Shown piece after piece: positions 20,419 through 32,705 of a stretch of DNA of 33,501 nt. This DNA is from Halocafeteria seosinensis. Its lineage: Eukaryota. Made by a program: the position numbers and the translations under genes. The notes beneath the pieces were generated by a model that did no database searches, had not been told where the DNA came from, and worked only from the letters and a program-made list of their open reading frames with translations. Position 1 is the first letter of the stretch. Each line of letters starts with the position of its first letter. Location of the stretch: positions 1 to 33,501 of the forward strand of contig LVLI01000529.1 of the NCBI GenBank assembly GCA_001687465.1. The letters run 5' to 3'.

Positions 20419-22877
20419 ATGGGTGTCAATTTGAGTAATTTGCATCCGGCGTCCCAATGGAGTCGTCGCGCGAAAAATGCACCGGCTGAACAGAGCGAGT
20501 ACGCTCGCATGTTGCGACACTTCCAGTCGGATCCTGCCATGATGAAGGACATTCGCAGTGGCGCCTTGCGGGGCTGGGATCGACTGCGTGTTTATGTATT
20601 GATTGAAAGATTGACGCGGCTTGGCGAAACTATCCAAACCTCGAACGAGATATGGGATGCAAGCCAGTCCTTCCGCTCAGAAGACACTTCCACTGTAGTG
20701 GATCTTTTTACGTCGGTTTCTATGTTCGAAAATGAGGCCACGTTGTCCACCATTCATGAAATCCTCTTCGATATCCTAGAAGCCAGCCAGGAAACTTTGT
20801 TGGAAGAATTGCGGTGGAGCAACTGGGAGCTGTTTCAAAACTATGCAATTGACGCAGAACGGGTGAGCGAAGACTGGGTCCTCGAATCCACACTATGTTG
20901 CACGTTTAACTATGCATTTCGCTCTCTCAAAAACGATAACAATTCCCCAAGACCTACCGTGAACTTTTTCCCTCCTAGTCCGAAGAAGTCTCCCCCGAGG
21001 TCTCCCGAGAGTTTACGGAAGCAAGGATCTGGTAGTCGAACAGAGTTTCCCGGATCTCCTCGAACGAATGCAGGAATGACTGACAAAGTCCAATCAATAT
21101 TTCCGACGGAGGAAGAATATGTGTTCCCATGTGGAATGTCGCTGACCTTTATGAATCTGTACCACGAAGTACCGGAGAAAGATTCTCGCTCGGACATCCT
21201 CAGGCGGAGCTTACACGACCTGTGCGACAGTACTGATGGGCAACTGGCTAACACTGGATCGCCGCTTGGTTTACGCCCACGAAATCGGGACGGAAGGTTG
21301 CTTTCCCTGGGAAGCATTATCTCCAGCGTAATTCTTGCTTGCAACTGCAGTGAACTAGAGCGTAGGAGTCTGATGTTCGTAGCATTCGATAACTCGGGGA
21401 ATGGACTCTTGGAAGAAGCAGAAATGGCCACGGTATGTGATTGTTTTCTTTTGTTTTATCTTTTATCTTTCGTTGGACATATTAATTCAATTCCTTTTTC
21501 TTGAATGATGGTGATACAGATGGTCTATAGCTCTGTTCAAGCATTCTTGAATTTCCTCCATATCGAAGTCACGAGTTCGGAAGAACGAAGTAACATCCAA
21601 CTACTCAGTGGAATCAGTCGCGCCGCCTTTTTCAATTGTGATGCCACTTTACGCACCGATGGTCACGTAACATACTCGGAGCTCTCTGAGTGGATTCGAG
21701 AAATTCCAGTAGCAAAGTTTTTGCTAAACGCGCTAGATCGAGCGGGACTCTTCCTGCCTTCGTCTTGGGCAAAATATAATGCCATTAGCGGAGGAGAAAA
21801 GCACTACTCAAATTGGAGTAAACCCGCTCTTGTAAGCCTCCATGTTCCAAAAATAGAGAAAAAACCCGTGGAAGAGAGTTACCACAAGCAACACTACGGG
21901 AAGGATAGCGACGGCGTCATAAGAGCTGGACTTGCTGCCTCTCGCCATAAACGAAAGCAAAAACTTCGCGAGACGATTACTCGTCAGCGAGCGAAACAAC
22001 GGAAAGGCGGTGATTCTTTGCAGAACTCCTCTTCTTTCTTTGATGGCCAATCGGAGAAAAAGTCAGCACACGGGAAGCCAGAGAGTCCCGCATCAAAGGA
22101 CTATAATTCCTTACAAGCGGCGAAGAGCAAAGCCCTCACATTATTTGACCTTTTCGTGGATCTGGATGTCAATGACAGTGGTCGCTTAACACAGGAGGAT
22201 TGGAATAGTGGGATCAGTAATACGAACGAAGCTACCAGGAAAGCAAGCTTTTCAGTGAGCTCTACTCAGCACGAAGAGATGATGAGACAACTGATAAACA
22301 TTTTCTCTACAGTCGATGCGGACTCGGATGGTGGTATAACGTTTGACGAACTTTTAAATCACTTTTTCCCAAACCTAGATCGTGAGACAAGAAGGAAAAT
22401 CCACATTTGGGTTCGCACTGAAGCTATTCAGCGGCGTCGAAAAGGAATGCCCGCTGGAGGGTTTGCCAAAGAGTACAAGATTCCAACGCGCACAAGCTCA
22501 AGCGAGGGAGCCCCTATAACAAGCCGTTTTTCTAGTGAAGAAGAACGAGAGCTACGTCAAATTTTTGATATGTGGGAGACGAGTAAGAACGGAGTGCTTA
22601 GTAAGGGCGAGCTAGTTCGAATCATGAGGCAAACAGACATATTTACCATCGAGGAGGCGGAGCAGGAATTCAGGTGAGTAGTCTAGCGATTTTCGTTATT
22701 TAGGACTTCCTTTTAACTCTCTACATCATCGATTGCAGAAGGATCAAAGCTCCTGGGAGAGACTATCTCACCTTTGGGGAGTTCAAGAACGTATTTGGCG
22801 ATATCATTTTTGCCGTCAGTCCCTACAAAAACACGAGAGCTTCAGCCCCTGACGAAACCCCGCGGACTCGAGGATAA
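20419..22877 (+). CDS. Multi-EF-hand calcium-binding protein with N-myristoylation motif (~768 aa)
   Basis: Exons 20419-21432, 21520-22673, 22739-22877. EF loops DNSGNGLLEEAE, DVNDSGRLTQED, DADSDGGITFDE and ETSKNGVLSKGE; N-terminus MGVNLS. Confidence 0.87.
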
Positions 22878-22897
22878 AGCTATTCTCGCTCTCTCTA

Positions 22898-24358
22898 CTA
22901 CGTCGTTGTTGATTGCTTATCCCAAAATGCTATCCACTGGTTGATGAGGTTGCCAATTTCCTCAACTTCCCCGGCGGGTGGAAGTTCCCATCCGTTCTTC
23001 GCAAATGCTAGTTGCCCATCCAGGAAGACATGCTTTCTCTGTGAATCCAGTTGTTTGACAGGAGCAGTAGATGCAAGCAACAGAGAAGCGCTGCCGATTT
23101 CGGTTTTGACGTTGAACCCCGGCATATAAGCACTGCATCGTGTGAAGAATATAAGTAGCTGGCAACAGAACGTTTGCGTCTTCGCCCTGCTACTCACCGG
23201 AATGGCTTCAACAGAGGCATAACAAGTCTAAAGAAAGCAGGAGTCATTTCAGTATCAACGAATCCTGGACAACACACAAACGACCTAACTTTGCCGTTAG
23301 TCTTCTGCTGAAGTCTATCATCCAGAATCGTCTGCATTTAAACAAGATAAACAACATTAAGTGTGTGTCCAACATTTCATGGCGCACAGAAGCTTTCGCC
23401 TCATTGCACTTACATTGTAAACGTCAGTTATGTATTTCGCTTCTCCGTACGCTTCTTCATGTCCGACTCCGTCCCCATTTACAGCTACACTCTCCCAATT
23501 CAGACAAGCCCTTGCTGCTGCCCGCGACCCCGTCCATAGGATACGTGCAGAAGTGTCTTCACTCGCTTTCCCAGAGCGTAGCAGCGATTCGATCTCTCTT
23601 ATGAAGAGCACATGACCTAAGACATGGGTAGCTAATACCAGAGGAGCGCCTGCTGCTGTACGGTTGTGACCCCAGTGAGGGGACGGTAGAAAGTGTCCAC
23701 CATCGCGTGATGCCCGACCTGTTTCGAAGAAATAAACCAGGGACATTTTCAACAGTGCCATGATCGAGACACCCCACCTATACGTTAAGATGGGCATAAT
23801 TCCAGCGTTGCAGTACAGTAAATCGATGCGGTTAAACCTGGGAATTCCGGGGAAGCCAAAGTGAGCTTAACTAGCTTCCCACACGAACACTATCCATTCA
23901 CTTACCGATCCAGATCTTTGGCGGCTTTCTTGATCGATGAAGGGTCCGAAACGTCAATAATCTGGACGTGGACACGTGCACGCGGGAACTCCTCCATGAT
24001 CTTCTCCTTGGCTTCGTGAGCACGCTTGGGATTCCGACAGCCCAGTATGACTTGGGCATTGTTGGCAGCCAGTCTCTTGGCCAAAAAGAAGCCAATTCCA
24101 CTGTTTGCACCTGTAACCATGGCAATGAGCCCTTGTGGCCGCTTGGCCAGCCGATGGAGCTCTGATTCAGCTTGTTCCCATGCCTGTACCCAGAGATTGG
24201 CCATCGTATAATCTGGAACGTGAATAAATGGCGTCCCTTGGACGTACCTGCCGTTCGCGCTCTTCTAAATCCCTAGTTTTCGAGTGCGCCAGCCACCCTA
24301 TAGCCACGAGAACTGGCAATATGACGCCCAAACATATCGAAGACAACGAGACCATCAT
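22898..24358 (-). CDS. Short-chain dehydrogenase/reductase, 3-ketosteroid reductase (HSD17B7/ERG27)-like, membrane-anchored (~393 aa)
   Basis: Exons 24358-24248, 24183-23906, 23837-23414, 23331-23198, 23132-22898 are frame-consistent. Motifs TGANSGIG, LYCNAGIMP, ATHVLGH, WTGS, YGEAK and CPGFVDT; N-terminal hydrophobic anchor. Confidence 0.88.
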
Positions 24359-24564
24359 CGTACTCCTTCCAGATATGATGGTACATACAGGGTGGCGCTG
24401 CGTATGAACTTGCTTTGACGAGCCACGCCTCGTCTATTGTTGTACCAATACCACTATGATATGCTTAGACATATATTTGCTTTCGATACTGATAACATTA
24501 TTAAAGTAGATTGAATCAGACAACCCAAATTTCGCTACTACAACTCTGTAACGCCACCCGGCGA

Positions 24565-27500
24565 TCATCGATTCACAGAGCCGTACTTGGATTGCCAGTA
24601 TCCAGGAGAATACCACGTGGATGAGGATGTCGAGTAGTAGCGATGCGCACCAGACGAGCCTGCCATGCTACCATAACTCTGGTACTGATGGTATCCTGAG
24701 CGATTTCGGTAGTGTTGATCACCGCTACTCGTGTGTGGTGGGGACGACAAATGCGCTTGAGGCGGTTCCATTTCATGGAAACTGACGCGTTTACCATGCG
24801 ACGGGCTCCCCAAGAGTTTTAAAGTGCCACTGGAAAGATTTACGCGTCGACTGGACCTTAGATAGTCCGGGTGTTCAATAGCCGATGAAGTCGCTTGCAT
24901 TCCACTAGCGTTGTGCCCTGTATCAATGGAATCATGAAGACTCTCCGCGTGTCCACTCTTAGCGGCGTGTGGGCGGCTCACGGACTGGAGAGTAGATCTT
25001 CCAAGAGTTTGCAAATTCTTCAATTGCTCTTCGATTTGATCGAGGTAGTTTGTCGCTGGATTTGCGAAATTTTGCGGTGGAGCACCGCCATTAGTGTATC
25101 CACCGTGATTAGGGGAACCACGAACGGGGGTATGGGAAAGACGGGGTTTATTGTTCCAGCTTTCATCAGTATATGTGACACCACGTTGACTTTGCAATAA
25201 AGTCAATAATTGAGTGTTGATTGAGTTGACGCGATCAATTTCCCTTCTACCTTCTTCCCGGATACTTTCTTCCCTTCCCTTCATTTCAGCCATCTTCTCT
25301 GACCATTCATGCTGAATACGATCTATACTTCTCCGTAGAACCTCATTGTCATATGCAGTATCTTTTGAACGTTTCTTCAAGGCTTCGAGCTCTTCAGAAT
25401 ACTCCTCTCGAATGCGATCCTCCGCTTGCCGAACAGAATTGCGGATAATAGATTGCAGCGACGAGCGAGATTGATCTCGTATCTTTTCGATGGCCTCTGT
25501 CTGGTCCTCCTTCAGTCTAGAGATCTCGCTGGACTGATCTTCAATGTACAGTTGCAGACGACGATTTTCTGTTTGAAGGCTCTCCAGTTGGGAACGCAAG
25601 GATGCTACATTGTTGTCCCCAAGTGCTTCGGATAACTTCTCTCTGGTTTTCTCCAGTTGAGACTGAAACGCACTTACATCGGAGCGCAAGGTGCTTTCTT
25701 TCTCTTGTAATGATCTATTTCGTTTCCGCAATTCCTCAAGCTCCTCCTTTTGTGTTTCTATCTCTCGCCGATATCGGTTAGTTTCCTCTTTAGAGGCAGT
25801 AAGGTCACGCTCGAGTTGCGATATTCTCGATTCATAGGATGAACTGGACACAGATAGGCGCGATTCCAAATCTCTGAGCTGGGTTTTAAGCTCGTCACGC
25901 TCCTCTTTCAATCGTTGCGCTTCAGTTTCCAGCTGCTCTGCTCGTTCTTGTTCCTTTTGCTTAACAGATTTTTTTGCCTCTTCGACCTTGGTATCCAGTT
26001 CTTGCGCATGGCGCCTTTTCAATGTCGTCAATTCAGTGGAGTGCTGCTCCTCCATTTGTCGAATCTTCGATTCTAAGCGATTATTTGAATCGTCCAACTT
26101 ACGGTTTTTTTCTTCCTCGGAGGATACTTTGCGTTTTAGGCTCTCAACCTCCTTCCGTCTGTCTTCTTTTTCTAGCTGAAGATCAGCTCTTAGATGTTCT
26201 ATCAACTCGTCTTTATTCCGTTCACTGCGCTCTGACTCTTCTTTGAGCTTCCGGATCTCATCGTCCTTGCTTCGTGACTCGGCCTGTAAAGACTTTACTT
26301 CCTGCTCCAAAGAATGCTTTGATTCTTTGGCATTGCTCAGCTCGTACTTTTGTCCTCGCAAGTCTTGTTCTAGGGAGGCTACTCTTTCCTCAAGCTGATC
26401 GATGGTGTGTTGTTTGGATTGGATGTCGTTCTCGAGTTCCTGCTTATTTTTCTCAGAATTTTGCAAGTCGAGCGCTCGCTTATTAGATTCCTCCTTTGTC
26501 GCGCTAATATCCTTCTCGAGCTCAGACAATTTTTCTGTCTTTTCTTTCACAGAAGTTTCCAGTTTCTGCTTCTCATTCTCCACCTCTTTGAGCTCCTTTA
26601 CATGTCTATCCTCCTCTTCTCGCATTTGTTTGCTAAGTTCCTCAATTCTTTGTTCCTTCTTCGTAATTGTTTGCAGCCTATCTTCTGATAGTTTTCGGTA
26701 ATTCTCAACGTCCTCCTTTAGTTCATCGCTCTCTTTAGAAGATTCATTGCTTTTGCGAGTGCTTGCCTGTTTCTCATTCTCTAACTTCTCCCGAGCTATG
26801 TCCAATTGTTTTCTCTTTTCTTCCACATCCTGTTTAAGGCTATCGCGTTCTTGCTTTAGCTGATAGACTTCCTCTAAGCCTTTTGCCTGACCTCTTTCCT
26901 GCTCGTTCGCATTCCTTTCTTCTTCCAGTTGTCTGTGGGCCTGATCGAGCTGATCTTGTATCCAGTGTGTCTCCTTTCTTGCCGCATCTCTTTCCTCCTC
27001 AAGCTTCGCTATTTGCTCCTCCAAGCTAGAGCCGCTACGAGCCTGAGTCGATGCATACTCTCCACGTTCCTGATGGAACCCTTCCCTCACTTCGCTGCCT
27101 CCTGATGCCTTGCTTAGAGTTTGTTGTTCAGAGCCCTTTGCAGGATCTGGTTGAGACGACTCTAGCGCCTCCATTTCCCGTCGCTTTGCCTCCTGGAATT
27201 TTCTACGGTAATAGTCATCCAAAGGGTGCTCCCAGGTACTCCTCTTCTGCAAGTACAAAGCATATCATGATTTGCCGGACAACTTGAGGATCCAGAACCA
27301 TCGAGTGGTCCTCTAACGGAGACCTAGTTGAGTCACTTACAGTCTCTTTATCATAGTAGTATACATCACCCGTATCCGTGGTGCCTTGCTCCCATCCTTC
27401 AGGTAATTCAGCAGTCAGAGCTTCCGCTGCGATCCAGAGGTGTCTAGCGTCTTCTTTGGGGTCCATGCCCAAGTACTCAGCGTGTTCCACTACTGCCTCT

Positions 27501-27670
27501 CTGACTGTTTCGTCATCCACTCCCTGAAGTTGTGCTTGCTCCAGAGTCTTTCGAACAGCTTCTTCAGCTTCAGAGCCCATGAGCTCACGGAGAATAGCCT
27601 GGTGGGAAGATCGCTCTGGACTTCCCATATCTTGTTGTCCATTATCATGCGTCCCTCGTTGCTCTGCCAT
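24565..27670 (-). CDS. CEP164-like WW-domain + long coiled-coil protein (~1003 aa)
   Basis: Exons 27670-27341 and 27246-24565. AEYLGMDP..LWIAAEAL.A.LPEGW..GDVYYY..STWEHPLDDYYR matches the CEP164 N-terminal helix-WW signature. It is followed by a long E/K/Q-rich coiled coil. Confidence 0.85.
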
Positions 27671-28434
27671 GGTTGCGTATCTCAATAAACTAAGCGACCG
27701 CGTACACGATATAGCACTGACGCCTCAAAGGAAGATGGAAATGAATTCAATATCCAATACGGTTAGGTTGTGCTAGGGAGCTGGGCGTCTACCAATTTGC
27801 ATGCATCACTTCCATTACAAACATTAATACCAGTAGTTCCAACTAATTCAGTGGTCATGAGTCATCCTACATCCAGGGGGAAACTTTAGCAAATAACCTG
27901 TAATCGCCCTGACAACCCCCCGCAGTGGAACCTTTTCAAAACTGTGGGGAGTGTGAACCTCAGACTTCCGTGGTCTCAAAGGCAAGCTCATGACCATTGA
28001 TATGCAACGAGAAAAGCTAGTTCGTGTATTAGGTATTGTATATACTACTCAGAAATAGTCAAACCTACGGTCAGTATTCGAGGTGTCAGCTACAGCATCC
28101 GCAAGGAATTTAGCTAGAGGCTGCAACGCACCACATAGCGCCTGGTTGGTATTGACCACTATATGACACACATCTCATCCCTTGTTGCAAGCACCCCCTT
28201 CCTGCGTAGTTACGTATTCCGACAGATAGAGTGGTTGTTCAATTGCATGGGGATAAAGACACCGGTGTGGCTATCGTGAACCAGACACAAGGGCTACAAA
28301 AAATATGTACGGAGGCACTTTAAAGCGTCAAGGACTCCGATTTCTCTAAGACAGTAGAGGGTGTTGGTATAAGCCAGGCTCTGCTCATTCTGAAGTCGTG
28401 TGTATTCACTGCTCCATGGAAGTCCAGGCCCGAT

Positions 28435-30638
28435 ATGAAGATGAAAAAGCTAGGGTTCTTGCTGTTGTCACAGCTGTTGTGGCTTACGTACCTTACATCA
28501 GCAACAATCATAAGGGAAGATCCTTTGTTGAAGCCTATGTCTACGGAAACCCCTTCTAACACCACGGACGATACCCATAAAAACAGGGCGGTGGAAGAGG
28601 ATACTAAGCTCCCTGGATGTGCTCGAGAAGCACATACGAAAATTGCAAGAGCACGAACACTGTTCAAAGAACCATCGACGGTAGGCAACGCAAGTGCTCT
28701 CCTATCCACTCACTTGAGCAAACGATGCACTATAGATGAGATGGTTCAGTATCCTCACTACTCTTTCATTCTGTAAGCTCTCCAGAATATCCGATATGCC
28801 ATGCTCTGCACAGTGCAGTTCTGTCAACGACACATCGCAGACTCTACTATTTGACGGTTTTCGAAGCCTATGGGAAGAGGTTAGTCTGTATGGACATGTG
28901 TGAGTAACAACGCTATGTGTTGAACTGATCGCGTGATATGCGTGAACTAGCAGGTTCGTAACTGTTTGGGGACTGACGTATTTCTCGAACATCTTCCAGG
29001 CCCCCCTCATAGAGTCCCGAAACAACTACAGTTCGTGGTTTGAGCAGCACTACAAACTGGATTTAGACGTAAGTCACATGCCCCTAGGATCCTGTTGAGC
29101 CAGCTTTAGATATTCTAACATTATCGAAGTTCCAGGATTCTTTAAGAGATATGGGCCGCTTGTACGATGATGTAGCTAGGAAAGGAGGCGCTGATAAAGC
29201 CGATGCCATAGCCCGGGAAATTTTATCGGAAAAATTGGATTTGACTGTTAGTCCCCACGAAGAAGCCAAGGCCGCCGAACCCGCCGTCTCTCTATACAAG
29301 CGGGATTCTTCAACGGAGGATATCGATTCTATGTTTTCTCTCTTTGACGACGCTCTCGAAGATTTTGACAATGGGGCACTCTTTACAACAGAGCCGAATC
29401 AAGGCGCATTAGACAACATGGAAACGTCGTTAGAGGATATTCGAAGTGAAAGTGTGGCCGTCGTGACAATGTGCTCAGAACAAGATGTTGACATATCCAT
29501 GGTGGCTCACTCAGCAAGGAACAAACTGGAATATGCGATAGAGCATGGCTACCGATTATTCTTGGAGACCAATAAATTGGATCCCACTAAGAACCGCGAA
29601 TGGAACAGCTTGCTTGCGGTGTCGAAGTATATGTCTCTGTACAACTACGAATGGTATCTGCTCGTGGACTGTTACTGTCAAATAGTTAATTCTTCCATTG
29701 CAGCGGAGGAATTGATCAGAAATGGACAGCAAGTCCATAACCGGAATGGAGGGACACTGAATTTTCTGACCAGCTTGGATTTAGAGTATAACGGAGTAGC
29801 AATATTCCGAAACCACCCGTGGACTTTAACAATGTTAGCCACACTTTTCGGTTATAGACCGGCTATTCACAACAGCGGATATTTTTATGCACAGGAGAAA
29901 AAATACCGCGATGAATTTGTGGAGTTTGAACATAAAATTAGTAAAATGAGAAAGGAAGCAAGAAACACATCCAAGGAACTGCAGGAAGAACTGCGGGTAC
30001 GCGAAGCGAGAGCTTCCCCGCTTTTTCTTCATGGGGACCCCTACAATCCTTTCAACACATTCGCCGAATATGGTATGAACGATGCTTTGAAGGCCTTATT
30101 TTTTCAGGGTCTTTGTGAGATATCACATTTAGGGCTGATGTACAAATGGGAAGAGAGCGAGCACGGACGGAAGATAAAGCATGCTGTTGCTTCTTTAGCC
30201 TTGAATAAGTTTGGCAGTTTTTCGCTGCCTGAAGCTCGATATATGCCGCTAATTAATGATGGCTTAAAAGTAGGAGAAAACATGGCGAACAGACGAGGTA
30301 TTGCTCCATCCGAGCAGCCAAGGTTAGAGTTGCCGAATGCTGGAGTGCTACTGAAGTGGCCAACAAGAGACAGTGCTTCGTTGGTACAGAGTCTTCCATT
30401 GCTAACGAATGTCACCAAGCGAGCAATCCACGATTTTTCAAAGGGGTTTTCACCGGCCTCAATGTTCACTCATACCGAAACGTTTGGACGGAAAATAATA
30501 ACCAAGATCAATTGCAACTCGGTGGAGGAGATGGATTGGTCTGGCGGCTTCGCTGTAAAAATAGAGCACTTGGATTTCGGAGACGAGTCATGTCGGAGAT
30601 TTCTCCATGCGGTGCGCAGCAAATTCAAAGAAGACTGA
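28435..30638 (+). CDS. Secretory-pathway glycosyltransferase family 34 (GMA12/MNN10)-like protein (~648 aa)
   Basis: Signal-peptide-like MKKLGFLLLSQLLWLTYLTSA. Exons ~28435-28743, 28814-28879, 29000-29068, 29136-30638 (the first junction could be 5 nt later). Motifs NKLEYAIEHGY, WNSLLAV, EWYLLVD..IVN and NGVAIFRNHPW. Confidence 0.75.
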
Positions 30639-30833
30639 AGATGAAAGCCAACCTAATATGTTCCGATGACAATCTATGCATATTCGTATGAGGCCTCTAT
30701 TTCCACAGGTTGAAGTAGTGCAGGGCATAGCCTACTATGCCGCATAGGGTGAATTTTTGAAGATTTCACTGAGTGAATTTTGTCCCACGAGGAGTCCAGG
30801 TGGACTGTCCCACCTTTCAGGATCGTTTCTTCA

Positions 30834-30873
30834 ACACACACACAGACACACACACACACACACATACATACAC
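30834..30873. repeat. Imperfect (AC)n microsatellite
   Basis: About 20 AC units with GAC/TAC interruptions. Confidence 0.95.
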
Positions 30874-31153
30874 TCTTACACTTTAACAGACAGTTATTTA
30901 CCAGAACTAGGTACTAGTACATGCCATATTTGCGGTAATGTAACTCATCCAATGTACGTTTGTGGCAATTAATGGTTTGGAGGAACTCAATGCTTACTGC
31001 TATAAGAGTTACTTCGGGCATTATGCAGGATATATCTATCATGTACAGCATTTTATCCTTGGAATTGCCCTCAGTAACACACGGCATAAGGATGCTTACG
31101 TTTAGACTCCTTGAGCACCCACGTATCTGTACCAGCTATGGGAAGCTAACGGC

Positions 31154-32581
31154 TTATCTTTTCTTGATTTGACGTTTAACCTTCTTAACAGTTCTTCGTG
31201 CATGTTGGACCGGTAACAACCTCCTAAAGGAGGCTTTCGTGGGAGACGCAGGTAGTTGAAAACGCAGGACGGGTAATGGGTCGGTACCTCTAAAACCCCA
31301 TATATCCTCACTCCATTGCTGGAAACCATCATGATGATAAAGTTGACCGTGTATATCGTGTAAGTTGTAAGAAATTCCTATTCGAGTACCATTTTGATCT
31401 AGATGATTTCCAGTGTCATTACCAATGATCTGTGCCTCACATATGCCATTATAAACGGAATAACTCATTTGAATCTCGCCCCGAAAATGGCTGTATATAC
31501 TTCCTAGAATACCGCCTGCATTCGAATGCCTAACAACTCCAGAAGCATAGCTTCGTCTAATATACAGGCGGCCTCTGGGGGCAGTGTGCCAACCTCCAGC
31601 GTTGTGTCCTGCAATACCTCCTGCTATATAACTGCTAATATTTCCTCGACTATAACAGTCTGTAATGAACATTTTCCCTCCGGCTTGGGTTACACCTGAT
31701 CCACCAATCCCACCACTTGAACTTGCAGCTATCTCCCCGGTACTATAGCATTCTTTGATATAAACATATCCTCCGCTACGGGGACAAGCATTACCTACAA
31801 TACCACCAGCTCCGTTAGCGAACTGAAGGATATCTCCCGTTGAGTAAGATTGGTTGATATAGACTTTACCCCAACCCCACGCACAAGTATTTCCCACGAT
31901 ACCACCAGCAAGGGCTCCTCCAATATTCCCAGTGGAATAGCATCGATCTATATGTACAATCCCACCCTCACATCCTACACGAGATCCTGTAAGACCACCG
32001 GCACCTTGCCCTAATATACTTCCCGTAGAGTAAGAGTTTGATATCTTAATTTCACCATTGCAGCCGCACCCAGCACCAACGATACCTCCTGAACCTGGAT
32101 AACCCTGGTTTGCGACGATACCTGTGGAACTGCAGCCGCTTACCGCAGCATATTTCTGCTCCGCCTGAACAATAAAACCAGCCTTGTTCGCAGTCTTCCC
32201 ATCCTTGACATGAACATTTCTGATAAGGGGCGCTTCGCTAAGGGACAAAACGCTATCTCTAACCCGAAACACTCCAGCAAAGTTATTGACACCACTCAAG
32301 TCAATGATGTTGCCATGTCGGTTCCCCCCGTCAAAAATTTCTTGAGAACCAAGCGAAATGTATGTATGGTTTCCGTAGCCCTCGTTTCCCCAATGTAGAG
32401 TACTACACGTCATCCGGAACAATTTCCTATTAGCACTAAAGTGAAAACAGCTTTCATTTCCTTCCATAATTCTATCTCGCAAATCCGTTTCTTCATCGAT
32501 CTGAATGGCGGCTGTACCCCTGGAGAGCGCTACTACTGTTACGAGCACTATTGGTGGGAAACACAGAGAGACATTCTTCAT
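31154..32581 (-). CDS. Secreted GLUG-motif / beta-helix-like repeat protein (475 aa, intronless)
   Basis: ATG at 32581 begins a signal peptide (MKNVSLCFPPIVLVTVVALSRGTAA). About 7 repeats of Ixx(C/S)YSTGxI...GG(I/L)xG; C-terminal WSEDIW..PLPVL. Confidence 0.85.
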   Translation of the reverse strand: MKNVSLCFPPIVLVTVVALSRGTAAIQIDEETDLRDRIMEGNESCFHFSANRKLFRMTCSTLHWGNEGYGNHTYISLGSQEIFDGGNRHGNIIDLSGVNNFAGVFRVRDSVLSLSEAPLIRNVHVKDGKTANKAGFIVQAEQKYAAVSGCSSTGIVANQGYPGSGGIVGAGCGCNGEIKISNSYSTGSILGQGAGGLTGSRVGCEGGIVHIDRCYSTGNIGGALAGGIVGNTCAWGWGKVYINQSYSTGDILQFANGAGGIVGNACPRSGGYVYIKECYSTGEIAASSSGGIGGSGVTQAGGKMFITDCYSRGNISSYIAGGIAGHNAGGWHTAPRGRLYIRRSYASGVVRHSNAGGILGSIYSHFRGEIQMSYSVYNGICEAQIIGNDTGNHLDQNGTRIGISYNLHDIHGQLYHHDGFQQWSEDIWGFRGTDPLPVLRFQLPASPTKASFRRLLPVQHARRTVKKVKRQIKKR

Positions 32582-32705
32582 AATTGACCATTGGGCAAAC
32601 GACGTACACTGTACTGTATTTGTAAGCTTCTTTTCCGCTCGTCTTACAATTCTGACGCTGGTATTTTGCGAGGGCCCCAAAATGCCCTACGAGGACCATC
32701 GCAAT

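Noticed and set aside
28088..28115. GCAA tetraloop hairpin suggesting an ncRNA
   Set aside because: Only 3-bp and 5-bp stems, with no recognisable RNA-family context.
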